Below, in pieces: positions 40,752 to 50,645 of a DNA stretch of 64,000 nt. A program made the translations under genes and the position numbers. The notes below the pieces were generated by a model that was given only the letters and a program-made list of their open reading frames with translations, was not told where the DNA came from and did no database searches. How positions within the stretch are numbered: the first letter of the stretch is position 1; each line of letters begins with the position of its first letter. The DNA comes from Spirochaetia bacterium (GTDB lineage: Bacteria; Spirochaetota; Spirochaetia; DSM-2461): assembly GCA_963668315.1 (NCBI GenBank), contig OY764216.1, positions 1,696,001 through 1,760,000 of the forward strand, given 5' to 3'.

Positions 40752-42626
40752 ATGGCCAAACAGAAGTTTAAAACCGAAGTTGATCAATTGCTCAATCTGC
40801 TTATTCACTCCCTCTACTCCCATCCCGAGATATTTCTGCGTGAGCTGATTTCCAACTCTTCCGATGCTCTTGATAAGCTTAAATATCTGACTTTGACCGA
40901 TGAAAAGTTTAAAAATCTGGAGTTCGATCCCCGGATCGATATCGAGATAGACGAAGTGAATCACAAAACCCTGTCCATATCCGACTGCGGTATCGGTATG
41001 AACAAGGACGATCTGGTGGATTCCCTGGGTACCATTGCCCGGTCGGGAACGAAAAACTTCCTTTCAAGCCTTTCGGGCGACGCCAAGAAAGACTCCAACC
41101 TTATCGGACAGTTCGGAGTGGGATTCTACTCCATCTTCATGGTCGCCGACAAGGTTGACGTCATTACCAGAAAAGCCGGTGAGGATCAGGCCTGGAAATG
41201 GTCGAGCGACGGTAAAACCGGATTCTCCATAACCGAAGCGGAAAGGGAGTCCGCCGGTACGACCGTTATCCTCTACCTGAATGATCAGGGACGTGAAATG
41301 GATTCCCAGTGGGAAATCAAAAACATCACGAAAAAATATTCCAACCACATTGCTTTCCCCATTTTCCTCCACTACGAGAAGACCGAATGGGAAGGGGAAG
41401 GGGAGGACCGGACGTCCAAACAGGTTCCCACCACGGAACAGATCAACTCGGCCAGTGCCCTCTGGCGGAGAAACAAATCGGACATTACCGACGAGGAATA
41501 TACGGAGTTCTATAAATCCGTGTCCGATGCCTGGGATGAGCCGATGATGACCGTCCATACCAAGGCAGAGGGTACCATGGAGTACACCACCCTGTTCTTC
41601 GTTCCCAAAACGGCCCCCATGGATATGTTTCAGGCCGATTACAAGCCGGGGGTCAAACTCTATGTGAGAAGGGTTTTCATCACCGACGACGATAAGGAAC
41701 TCATGCCCTCCTATCTGCGGTTCGTCAAGGGTGTCATCGATTCGGAAGATCTTCCCCTGAATGTCAGCCGTGAACTTCTCCAGAAAAACAAGGTCCTGGC
41801 CAACATTAAAACAGCCAGCACCAAGAAGATGCTCGCCGAGTTCAAGAAACTCTCCGAGGACAAAGAGAAATATGCCGAATTCATCGACCAGTACAACCGC
41901 CCCCTTAAGGAAGGTCTCTACTCCGATTTCTCAAATAAGGAAGTTCTCATGGACCTGGTGCGCTTCAAATCCACCACGGAAGAGGGCTGGGTCTCCCTGG
42001 CCGAGTACAAGGAGCGGATGAAGGAAGATCAGAAGGCAATTTACTACATCGCCGGCGAAAAAGAGGAACAGCTGCGCAAGTCTCCCCTCCTGGAAGCCTA
42101 TGCCAAGAAGGGAATTGAAGTACTAATCATGGCCGACGAGATCGATGAGATTGTCATCCCCATGGCAGGTCCCTATCAGGAAACCGAGCTTAAGGCCATT
42201 AATAAATCCAATGCCGCCGACGACCTGAAGGACGAGGAGGACGAGAAGAAGGAAAAAGCCGTAGAGCCCGTGGTCAAGAAGATCAAAAAGGCTCTGGGTG
42301 ATGCGGTGAAAGATGTGAAAGCATCCAGCCGTCTCCATGAATCGCCCTGCTGTATCGTGGCCGATGAGAACGATCCCAGCGCGCAGATGCGTCAGATGAT
42401 GGCCGCCATGGGGCAGGCCGGGAACCTTCCCGAGATTCAGCCGATTCTGGAGATCAATCCGGATCACGAAATGGTAAAAAAACTGGCCGATACAAAGGAC
42501 AAACAGGTCATCGAAGATGTTTCCTGGGTTCTCCTGGGGCAGGCTATGCTCCTGGAAGGTCATGAGCTCAAGGATGCGAGCGATTTCGCCGCGCGTCTGA
42601 ACCGACTGGTTACCGGAACTCTTTAG
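40752..42626 (+). CDS. htpG: Chaperone HtpG (Hsp90)
   Basis: FLRELISNSSDA, IGQFGVGFYS, DLPLNVSRE. Confidence 0.98.
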   Translation: MAKQKFKTEVDQLLNLLIHSLYSHPEIFLRELISNSSDALDKLKYLTLTDEKFKNLEFDPRIDIEIDEVNHKTLSISDCGIGMNKDDLVDSLGTIARSGTKNFLSSLSGDAKKDSNLIGQFGVGFYSIFMVADKVDVITRKAGEDQAWKWSSDGKTGFSITEAERESAGTTVILYLNDQGREMDSQWEIKNITKKYSNHIAFPIFLHYEKTEWEGEGEDRTSKQVPTTEQINSASALWRRNKSDITDEEYTEFYKSVSDAWDEPMMTVHTKAEGTMEYTTLFFVPKTAPMDMFQADYKPGVKLYVRRVFITDDDKELMPSYLRFVKGVIDSEDLPLNVSRELLQKNKVLANIKTASTKKMLAEFKKLSEDKEKYAEFIDQYNRPLKEGLYSDFSNKEVLMDLVRFKSTTEEGWVSLAEYKERMKEDQKAIYYIAGEKEEQLRKSPLLEAYAKKGIEVLIMADEIDEIVIPMAGPYQETELKAINKSNAADDLKDEEDEKKEKAVEPVVKKIKKALGDAVKDVKASSRLHESPCCIVADENDPSAQMRQMMAAMGQAGNLPEIQPILEINPDHEMVKKLADTKDKQVIEDVSWVLLGQAMLLEGHELKDASDFAARLNRLVTGTL

Positions 42627-42676
42627 GCATCCGGCTCTCCGGACGTGAATATTTCCCGGGGAGTTTTATATAAACC

Positions 42677-42708
42677 GGACCGCTTTCTCTGGAGGGCGGT
42701 CCTTTTTT
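42677..42708 (+). terminator. Intrinsic terminator of htpG
   Basis: GGACCGC...GCGGTCC followed by TTTTTT. Confidence 0.85.
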
Positions 42709-44863
42709 ATTGCAGCGGGATCCTGCTCTCAAGCTTACTGAGCAGATCCCGGGTATATTCATTCAGGTCGGCAATCTCCTCTTCGGGAATGCGGAATCCC
42801 ACCGCCCCGGGATGACCGCCCCCGTTCTTTATCTGGAAATGCTCAAGAAGATCCCTGAGGTCCAGGGTCTGGAAGCTGTGACTCCGGCGGATCTTGAACT
42901 GTATCAGACCGCTTTCCCTCTGATCGTCGGCATAGGCGATCAGACCGAGAAAGCCGCTCTCCTCGGCCAGGGAATCGGCGAGATAACGGGTGACCGTCAC
43001 AATCGTCTCATGGTCGAATTCACCCGCAATGACTTCCATATCCTCCGGGGGGATCACGACGGAACCGACGGGGGAGGGAGAAGGGCTTTTGTACCGGCTC
43101 ATTGCATGAAGGCAGCTGTCTTCCCGGTTGGAAAGGCTCTGCATCTCACGGAAAATCTCATTCATGGAGGAAAAATTACTCGATCCCGTGTGGGTTTTCC
43201 TTGCAAGCATCTGGTTGAAAACTTTGCTGAAAAGATCGTAAAACCAACGTTCCCTGGGGGTTTTTATGAACTGTCCCATCTTGGTGTCACCCACGATGCC
43301 GGTGAGGACGGAAAGAACAAAATTCCTTGAGAAAACATCGTAGAAGGCATACTTCTTCCTTAGATCTTTCCGGTTATTCAGTTTACACCCGATCATAGCC
43401 ACCAGTTCGCTGGAAGACGCCGATTCATCCACCAGCCGCAGATCCGGATCGCCTATAAAACCGCTGTCCGCTTCGAGATGATGATCTATCTCCACGACGG
43501 GAACTCCGGGATCGGCTATCATCTCCTCATCCCCGGGAAAGGTCTGTCTCATGGAGGACTTGGGCGTATCCATGATAAAAAGTGTAGAAATCCCCTGCGG
43601 CCGGGGTGCGTCATGGTAGAGGATCTCGATAGAGTTATGTCTGGCTATTTTGACCAGATAGAGATATTTTCTATTCAGCGTACGGGGTATCAACAGGTAA
43701 ACTCTTTTCCTGAAATCCCGGATAAGCAGGGCCATGGCGACCTGGGAGGAGATACAGTCTTCATCGGGATTCAAGTGGCCCGCCACCAGGAAGTTATCCC
43801 TCCCGTCTATCAGATCCAGTATCCTGTGGATGATCCGGTTCCGGGCGGCAATGCTCCCAAGGGGATGTTTGGTCTGGCTGGCGACTGAACTCTGCCAGAT
43901 CACCGCACGGCCCCGTCCCGCTTCTTTTGCCAGATAGACCGCCTGATCCGCCCTTTCCCAGAGCAGTTTCCTGTCCTTTCCATGTACGGGATATCCGGCA
44001 ATTCCTACGCTGGCCGACACAGTTTTCAGGTCACCTTCCAGATCATGGAGAAGATCGATTTTTTTCAATTCTTCTATCATCTCTGTACAGAGTTCACAGG
44101 CCTTTTCAGGCTGAGTGTCGGGAAGGATGAAGGTGAACTCATCGCCGCCGTAACGGCATAGAATATCGCTCTTTCTGAACACCCTGTGAAAAATCTCCAC
44201 GGCCTTCAGCAGCACCTTATCGCCCTGATCCTGTCCGTAAAGATTATTCAATGTCCCGAAATGGTCCAGATCCAGCATCACAAGGGACAGGGGCTGCTCT
44301 CTTTCTTCCGCTTCCCTCAGCCGTCCGTCCACAGACTGATCAAGAAAACGTCTGTTGTAGAGACCAGTGAAATCATCGGTTATCGCCCGGGCCCGGGCCT
44401 GATCTCCCCAGGTGACCATATCCGAAAGGAATGCGCCGGTCACCTGCAGACGGCCCGAAGTCGTATTCAGCATGCTCTGCATGATCCCGATACCCGCCCG
44501 GGGACGGCTCTGTATATATCTGTAAAAATCCTCGCCTTTCAGGCGAAGGAGGCGGGAAGCGGATTTGGGAACACAGGTCGCGGAACGGGGGGCATTGTCG
44601 AAGATGGACATCTCACCGAAAAAATGGCCCTCCGTGATCTCCGCCAGTTCCAGAGTTTCTCCGTCCTGGGTCTCTATGGTAATTCCTACCGAGCCGGACA
44701 GGATGATATAAAGGGCATCCCCCGCATCACCCTCATGAAAAACGGGTGTTCCCGCAGGGAAACTCAGGTTCTTCATCATGTCGTAAAGCTCTTTCAGCTC
44801 TTCTGCAGTGAGAGCCTTCAGCATTTCAAAGGAACCCAGGATTTCAATCGGATCGGATGTCAC
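42707..44863 (-). CDS. cNMP-binding + GGDEF + DHH/DHHA1 fusion protein
   Basis: FFGEMS..PRSAT; RYGGDEF; GHLNPDEDC, IDHH, GGGHPGAVG. Confidence 0.9.
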   Translation of the reverse strand: MTSDPIEILGSFEMLKALTAEELKELYDMMKNLSFPAGTPVFHEGDAGDALYIILSGSVGITIETQDGETLELAEITEGHFFGEMSIFDNAPRSATCVPKSASRLLRLKGEDFYRYIQSRPRAGIGIMQSMLNTTSGRLQVTGAFLSDMVTWGDQARARAITDDFTGLYNRRFLDQSVDGRLREAEEREQPLSLVMLDLDHFGTLNNLYGQDQGDKVLLKAVEIFHRVFRKSDILCRYGGDEFTFILPDTQPEKACELCTEMIEELKKIDLLHDLEGDLKTVSASVGIAGYPVHGKDRKLLWERADQAVYLAKEAGRGRAVIWQSSVASQTKHPLGSIAARNRIIHRILDLIDGRDNFLVAGHLNPDEDCISSQVAMALLIRDFRKRVYLLIPRTLNRKYLYLVKIARHNSIEILYHDAPRPQGISTLFIMDTPKSSMRQTFPGDEEMIADPGVPVVEIDHHLEADSGFIGDPDLRLVDESASSSELVAMIGCKLNNRKDLRKKYAFYDVFSRNFVLSVLTGIVGDTKMGQFIKTPRERWFYDLFSKVFNQMLARKTHTGSSNFSSMNEIFREMQSLSNREDSCLHAMSRYKSPSPSPVGSVVIPPEDMEVIAGEFDHETIVTVTRYLADSLAEESGFLGLIAYADDQRESGLIQFKIRRSHSFQTLDLRDLLEHFQIKNGGGHPGAVGFRIPEEEIADLNEYTRDLLSKLESRIPLQ

Positions 44864-45888
44864 GGCTGCTTCTCCTTTTTTCTGTATACGAGTATACGGC
44901 TCCCCCCCCGCTGACGGCCCTCCAGGGGAAGCTCGTGGGTGAGGCGGATCAGTTTCTCCCCATCTGTGGAGATGTCGGGGTAGATTCCTATTCCCACGCT
45001 GGCTGTCATTTGAAAGGGATCGGATCCGATAACCGGAGACAGATCCAGGGAGCTGATGCAGGTCTGAATGGCCTGGGCCGTGGCATAGGCTTCCCTCCGG
45101 TCCCTGCCGTAGAGGATAACCGCCATGGCGTTTCCCTTGTACCGGGCGGTGCGGTTGTCGTCGCCTATCAAATCCCTCAGACCCTTTGCCATGATGCGGA
45201 TAGCCCTGTCCCCTGCCTCGTGACCGTAGCTGTCGTTGAGTTCCTTGAAATTATCCGGCTTGGAGATAAGCAGGGTCAAGGGAGCGCCCGATTTGTGTAT
45301 ATGATCGCGCAGGGTTTCTGTCAGGTAATTCTGATTGTATATGCCGGTCAGTTTATCGCGGTAGACCTGTTTCTTGAGTTCCTGTACCAGAGGGGAATTC
45401 TCTTTCACCAGGTCATTCGCCCGGCGGATACGGTCGGAAACCAAGACAAGAAGCCTATGGAGAATCTGAGCCGCGATCAGGGAGCGGGACTCGAAAAAAT
45501 CCTGAATATCCATGCCCTTTTTGGGAAAGCGCAGCACTTCCGTCTCTTTGCTGGCCAGGGCATCGGCTTTTCGCTGTTCTCCGCAGAACAGGTCCAGTTC
45601 GCCGAAGCTGCTTCCCGGAATGTATCGGGCCAGATGGATCTCGGGACCTTCGGAATATTCCTCTGCTTTCCGAACGACCAACTCGCCGGATTCAACGATA
45701 AACAAGGCGTCCCCCGGATCGCCCTCCGAAAAGAGCAGATCACCCGAATTGAGTTCTATGTATTCGCAGAAGGGAATCAGTTCTCTCAGTTCCCCGGGTT
45801 TAAGCTCGCTGAATATGTTAATCTGCCTGAGTAGATTGGCCGTGTCTGAAGGATCTTTCTGTTTCATGGATGTAATCAATATATCCAT
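44860..45888 (-). CDS. cNMP-binding + degenerate GGDEF protein
   Basis: SFGELD..RKADA; DKLTG, FKELNDSYGH, RYKGNAM in place of GGDEF; stop overlaps the next start. Confidence 0.88.
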   Translation of the reverse strand: MDILITSMKQKDPSDTANLLRQINIFSELKPGELRELIPFCEYIELNSGDLLFSEGDPGDALFIVESGELVVRKAEEYSEGPEIHLARYIPGSSFGELDLFCGEQRKADALASKETEVLRFPKKGMDIQDFFESRSLIAAQILHRLLVLVSDRIRRANDLVKENSPLVQELKKQVYRDKLTGIYNQNYLTETLRDHIHKSGAPLTLLISKPDNFKELNDSYGHEAGDRAIRIMAKGLRDLIGDDNRTARYKGNAMAVILYGRDRREAYATAQAIQTCISSLDLSPVIGSDPFQMTASVGIGIYPDISTDGEKLIRLTHELPLEGRQRGGSRILVYRKKEKQP

Positions 45889-46045
45889 AACCAGGGGGAA
45901 AAACCATATTGGGCGTTAATTCCTGTAAATATAAAAAATCCCGCAGACGGCCTGTGCCGTAACGGCCTATGTCGGCACCGGAGCTGAAAGGAGAATACTG
46001 ACTTTTTTCCTGTTATGTGATAAAACAGTCCTAAGGAGAAGTATT

Positions 46046-46567
46046 ATGGATTTGGATAAAGTTATACGCAAGGTGCCCGATTTTCCCGCCAAGGGCATTC
46101 TTTTCTACGATATCACCAGTGTCATCGGTAATCCAGGGGCTTTCAGTTACTGCATAGACAAAATGGTGGAGCTGTACAGCAATAAGAAGATCGATGCGGT
46201 TGCCGGTGTGGAATCGCGGGGATTTATTTTCGCCGCTCCCTTTGCCGAACGGATGGGAATACCCCTTATCCTTATCCGCAAGGCGGGAAAGCTTCCCGGT
46301 ACGACTCTGAAAGCCGCCTATTCTCTGGAGTACGGCAAGGCGGAGATCGAAGTGCATCAGGCCGATGTGCCCCAGGGAGGCAATGTCCTTCTGATCGATG
46401 ACCTTCTGGCCACGGGAGGAACTCTCGAGGCGGCGGCCCGTATTCTCAGAGACGGCGGCGCCCGGGTCGAGAATATCTTCGGTGTGATCGGCCTGCCCTT
46501 TTTGGGATTCAAGGAAAAACTCGAAGGTATCGATGTGACGACTCTCATCGATTACGACAGCGAGTAA
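46046..46567 (+). CDS. apt: Adenine phosphoribosyltransferase
   Basis: PDFP..GILFYDIT, ESRGF, RKAGKLP, IDDLLATGGT. Confidence 0.97.
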   Translation: MDLDKVIRKVPDFPAKGILFYDITSVIGNPGAFSYCIDKMVELYSNKKIDAVAGVESRGFIFAAPFAERMGIPLILIRKAGKLPGTTLKAAYSLEYGKAEIEVHQADVPQGGNVLLIDDLLATGGTLEAAARILRDGGARVENIFGVIGLPFLGFKEKLEGIDVTTLIDYDSE

Positions 46568-46584
46568 ATTCTCTCCCCGCCGGG

Positions 46585-46860
46585 TCAGAGAACCTTGACT
46601 CCCGCCCGGTTGTCTATCATGACCTCCAGACCGAAAATGGTGTCTTCGCTTATGTAGTCGGGCAGGTCTCCCTTGAGTACCCCCAGTGAGGCGTGATAGG
46701 CTCTGATGATCCTCCAGGTGTTCATGGACATGATGACCTGAGTGCCGGAGAGGCCCGCATGGAGCCGTTCCGTTTTCTGCCGGTATATTTCGACTATCAG
46801 CTCTTCCGGCCGCGGTTCATCCGGCTGACTTTCTGATACATGGCGTGGGCTTCCTTCCAT
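46585..46860 (-). CDS. Small hypothetical protein (start uncertain)
   Basis: ORF follows and overlaps the TPR gene on the same strand. Confidence 0.55.
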   Translation of the reverse strand: MEGSPRHVSESQPDEPRPEELIVEIYRQKTERLHAGLSGTQVIMSMNTWRIIRAYHASLGVLKGDLPDYISEDTIFGLEVMIDNRAGVKVL

Positions 46861-47333
46861 TTCTTCCTCTCCCCGAGCATTTCATAGGTATCCCTCAGGT
46901 TAAACCAGCTGTCCTCCCAGTCGGAATCCAGATTTACGGAGGTTCTGAAGCACTCCTCCGCCTGTTCATATTGGTCTTTCTGGAAAAAATAGACACCCCG
47001 GTTGTTCCAGGCTACGCTGTGGGTGGGATCCAGCTCCAGCGCCCTGTCGTAGGAGGACAGAGCCTCTTCCCGCCTGTCTGACCGGTAGAGGCATAACCCC
47101 AGGTCGTTGTGGAAATCGGCCTCATCCTCTTTCAGCTCGATGGCTTTCTCCAGAAGTTCCCGGGCCGTATCGTAGTCCTCTTTCCTGATGAAAACAAGGG
47201 CCATATTATAGATAATGCGCGGATTGGCCGGTTCCAGTTCCAAAGCGGTTGTAAAGGCCAGCAGGGCCTTGTCGTACTTACCCGATTCGGAGAGACGGAT
47301 TCCTTCGCTGTTCAGTTGATCGGCGGATACCAT
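46797..47333 (-). CDS. Tetratricopeptide repeat protein
   Basis: Four or five TPR units (YDRALELDP, AWNNRG). Confidence 0.92.
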   Translation of the reverse strand: MVSADQLNSEGIRLSESGKYDKALLAFTTALELEPANPRIIYNMALVFIRKEDYDTARELLEKAIELKEDEADFHNDLGLCLYRSDRREEALSSYDRALELDPTHSVAWNNRGVYFFQKDQYEQAEECFRTSVNLDSDWEDSWFNLRDTYEMLGERKKWKEAHAMYQKVSRMNRGRKS

Positions 47334-47350
47334 AGTATCCTTTTCGGCAT

Positions 47351-48073
47351 TTAGAAGGCCCAGATAAATGAAAAGCTGATGGGGGTGGGATAGGGAACCC
47401 AGTCACTGTTGCTGGAAGGTGCCCAGTCGGATGTCCAGAAAGGAGAGTAGGAGAAGAAGGTGATGGTCCTGTCTATGATGTCGTCCCGGTAGTACTCCTC
47501 ATCCCAGCGGAGGCCCAGCCTCAGGGCTTCCATCCAGATGCGAACATGTAATCGGCTGAAAGGGTTTACTTCAAATCCCAGGGGAATATCCACCGTTCCT
47601 GTTATGGCGCCCCGTCCGGGGTCGAAGTTGTATCCCGTGGGCGAGCTGGAGCCCCACTGGGGAAAAATGACCAGGAACTCCGTTCTGAAGCCGGAAAGGA
47701 CATTGATCGCCCGGGATTCGACAAAGGTCCAGTAGAATCCCGACCCCAGCCCGACGCTCAGTCTGTTCAGGTCGGTATGGACGGTGTCGGTATTTACAAT
47801 CAGTTCCTCGTTGGAATCCTTCTCGTAGCGTACGAGCAGATAGGGCGCGAACTCCAGATTGTTTTCTGTCTGATAGTGAAGGGTAGGCATCAGGGTCATA
47901 TCCCACTTAAAGGCCCCCTCGCCGTTATCTGAATAAAGGGCCGAATAGAGCCTTGTTTCCATTCCGAAGCCTTTTTTAATCAGCCCCTGCCCTTTCTCCT
48001 TCCCGTCCTCTGCCGTTACAAGGAAGAGGGGCGTGAGAAAAAACATAAGGAGAACGAGGCGTTTACTAAGCAT
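47351..48073 (-). CDS. Putative outer-membrane beta-barrel protein
   Basis: Signal peptide, amphipathic strands, C-terminal FIWAF. Confidence 0.65.
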   Translation of the reverse strand: MLSKRLVLLMFFLTPLFLVTAEDGKEKGQGLIKKGFGMETRLYSALYSDNGEGAFKWDMTLMPTLHYQTENNLEFAPYLLVRYEKDSNEELIVNTDTVHTDLNRLSVGLGSGFYWTFVESRAINVLSGFRTEFLVIFPQWGSSSPTGYNFDPGRGAITGTVDIPLGFEVNPFSRLHVRIWMEALRLGLRWDEEYYRDDIIDRTITFFSYSPFWTSDWAPSSNSDWVPYPTPISFSFIWAF

Positions 48074-48756
48074 TATTTATTCCCGAAATAGTAGATGCCA
48101 GCCAGGGAGACAATGGCCATGTTGTCGCTGTCCAGGAAGGGGAAAGTCGATTCGAAAATCCCCGATGAATCCTCTCCGTCATCATAGCTGTTCCTGTCAT
48201 AATGGTATCCGATCTTAACCACATCCGCCGTCAGACGGAGGGTGAAATCCCTCGTCAGGATAAAATCCATGGCCAGGGGTACATAGCCCTGGATATCAAA
48301 GGTACTGTTCTCGGCGTCCGCTGAAGATGTACCCTCCGGGGCTCCGTCGCCCATCTGGTGCAGGCCGAAGAGAAACTCCCCCCTGAGACCGGTGACAAGA
48401 TCGATTCTCCAGGTCTTGAGAAAGTGCCAGAGAAGGGAGGCTCCTCCTCCCAGGGATATGCGGTAGACATCGTCATCAATGGAGCCGCTTATGCTGTCCG
48501 TATCATCCTCCCATTCCACGCCGAATGTCAGAAAGGGAACGAATTCAGTCTCCTTTTCCGGCTCAATGAAAAAATGGAGGGAAGGCTGAAGGAATAACTG
48601 CGACCGGGATGCTTTAAAGGTATCGCCGTTCGCGTCCGTATCACGTAAAACGGTACTGGAAAAATTCAGGTTTAAACCGGCGCCGTCGATTTCTCCTATC
48701 TCCGCCCATAATGAGGCCGCCAGGGCAAAAAACAAAGGCGCGAGGTACTTTCTCAT
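48073..48756 (-). CDS. Putative outer-membrane beta-barrel protein, paralogue of the adjacent gene
   Basis: Signal peptide; shared P(S/T)LH, EF(V/A)P(F/Y)L, G(L/F)R.EFL motifs; ends GIYYFGNK. Confidence 0.65.
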   Translation of the reverse strand: MRKYLAPLFFALAASLWAEIGEIDGAGLNLNFSSTVLRDTDANGDTFKASRSQLFLQPSLHFFIEPEKETEFVPFLTFGVEWEDDTDSISGSIDDDVYRISLGGGASLLWHFLKTWRIDLVTGLRGEFLFGLHQMGDGAPEGTSSADAENSTFDIQGYVPLAMDFILTRDFTLRLTADVVKIGYHYDRNSYDDGEDSSGIFESTFPFLDSDNMAIVSLAGIYYFGNK

Positions 48757-48884
48757 GGTTCCATCCTTCCTTGGGTCGACATAATGATTTATTATACCGG
48801 AAAAAAGGAGAAAAAACCGGAAGCCTCCGCTCTTTCGGGAACTTTTTCTACCCTTTTTACCGAGAAATAACTATTATATAAGGT

Positions 48885-50645
48885 ATGCTGAAAGAATATT
48901 CATCACTGAAACCTTATCTTAAGAAGTATGCCGTGAGTTACGTGCTGGGAATCATCTGTCTGGCCCTGACAAACGGCGGACTTATCTATATCCCTCAGCT
49001 CATGAAAAGAGCGATTGACCTGATTTCCCAAGGTCAGACAGACCGGGAGCTCATTGGTCGTATCATGCTGATTATGATAGCCGTCGCCTTCATCGTGGCT
49101 GTTTCCCGGCTGGGGTGGCGCCATTTCATACAGGGGGCTTCCCGCCGTATCGAAGCGGGACTGAGAGGCAGGCTCTACGACCATCTGGTCACTCTGGACC
49201 GTTCTTTCTACGGCACAACGAAAACCGGAGATATCATGGCCCGGGCGACCAATGACATGAACGCGGTCCGCATGGCCACGGGTATGACCCTTATTGCCTT
49301 TCTCGACGGGCTCTTTATGACTCTTTTTATACTGATTATCCTCTTCAGAAACTATCCGGGACTGACCTGGATTCTCATCACGCCCCTTCCGCTGGTCACC
49401 ATACTGATTCTCTACGCCGGACCCCGGCTGGGAAAGCGGTTCCGGGCTGTTCAGGCCGGATATTCCGACATCTCTGACAGAGCTCAGGAGAGTTTGAGCG
49501 GCCTCAGACTCATACAGACCTACCGGCAGGAAGAGTACGCCATGAAGCGGTTCAACGAGGTGAACGAAAACTACCGCCGGGTCAATCTCTCCCTGGTGAA
49601 GATCTGGGGGTTTTTCCATCCGGTCATTATGTTCTTCTCGGGGATTATTACTTTTCTGCTGATCTTTTTCGGCGGCAAATCCGTTTTGGAAGGCGTCCTC
49701 ACTCCGGGCGATTTCGTGGCTATCATGAGTTACATGGGAATGCTTATCTGGCCCATGATGGGCGTGGGCATGGTGATAAACTGGCTCCAGAGAGGGGCGG
49801 TTGCCCTGGAAAGGATCAATGCCATTCTGGACCGGGAACCGGATATCCGGGACGACGCCGGGGCTGTTTCGGGCCCGGTGGGGGGGGATTTTGTCATTAG
49901 GGATTTAACCTATACCTATCCCGACGGGGAGAGCCCGGTTCTTCATGATATCGATCTGACCATAAAGAAAGGCATGACCGTGGGAATCCTGGGGCCTACG
50001 GGCTGCGGAAAAACCACTCTGATAAAGCTGCTTCCCCGGCTGCTGGAATCGGAAAAGGGACAGATTACCTTCGGTGATCGGGAGCTCCACTCCATCCGCC
50101 TGGAAGAACTGCGCTCCGCCTTTTCCATCGTTCCCCAGACGACCTTTCTCTTTTCCGATACGGTGTGGAACAACATCGCCTTCGGCAAACCCGATGCCCC
50201 CCGGGAGGAAGTCCTGCGGGCGGCGTCCATCTCCACCATCGACCGCGATCTGGACAGTTTTCCCATGGGCTATGAAACCCTTGTCGGTGAAAAGGGCGTT
50301 GCCCTGTCGGGGGGACAGAAACAGAGAACCGCCCTGAGCCGCGCCCTCCTTCTGGACAGGGAAATCATGATCCTGGACGATTCCCTCTCCGCGGTGGACA
50401 CCAATACGGAGGAGTATATCCTGAACCATTTCCGCGAATGCCGGAAGGGTAAGACGAATATTATCGTCAGCCACCGTTACACGACCCTGCAGAAGGCCGA
50501 CTTGATTCTTGTTATGGAGGAGGGGCGGATTGTCGACAGGGGTATTCACGACGAATTAAAGGACAGACCCGGTTTCTATCAGGAAATTTACAACTTGCAG
50601 CGACTGGAAGAGGCGGAGAGCCGGGAGGTATTGGAAAATGAGTAA
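48885..50645 (+). CDS. Heterodimeric ABC exporter subunit (MdlA/YheI-like)
   Basis: TMD plus NBD: GPTGCGKT, LSGGQKQR, DDSLSAVD. Confidence 0.93.
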   Translation: MLKEYSSLKPYLKKYAVSYVLGIICLALTNGGLIYIPQLMKRAIDLISQGQTDRELIGRIMLIMIAVAFIVAVSRLGWRHFIQGASRRIEAGLRGRLYDHLVTLDRSFYGTTKTGDIMARATNDMNAVRMATGMTLIAFLDGLFMTLFILIILFRNYPGLTWILITPLPLVTILILYAGPRLGKRFRAVQAGYSDISDRAQESLSGLRLIQTYRQEEYAMKRFNEVNENYRRVNLSLVKIWGFFHPVIMFFSGIITFLLIFFGGKSVLEGVLTPGDFVAIMSYMGMLIWPMMGVGMVINWLQRGAVALERINAILDREPDIRDDAGAVSGPVGGDFVIRDLTYTYPDGESPVLHDIDLTIKKGMTVGILGPTGCGKTTLIKLLPRLLESEKGQITFGDRELHSIRLEELRSAFSIVPQTTFLFSDTVWNNIAFGKPDAPREEVLRAASISTIDRDLDSFPMGYETLVGEKGVALSGGQKQRTALSRALLLDREIMILDDSLSAVDTNTEEYILNHFRECRKGKTNIIVSHRYTTLQKADLILVMEEGRIVDRGIHDELKDRPGFYQEIYNLQRLEEAESREVLENE

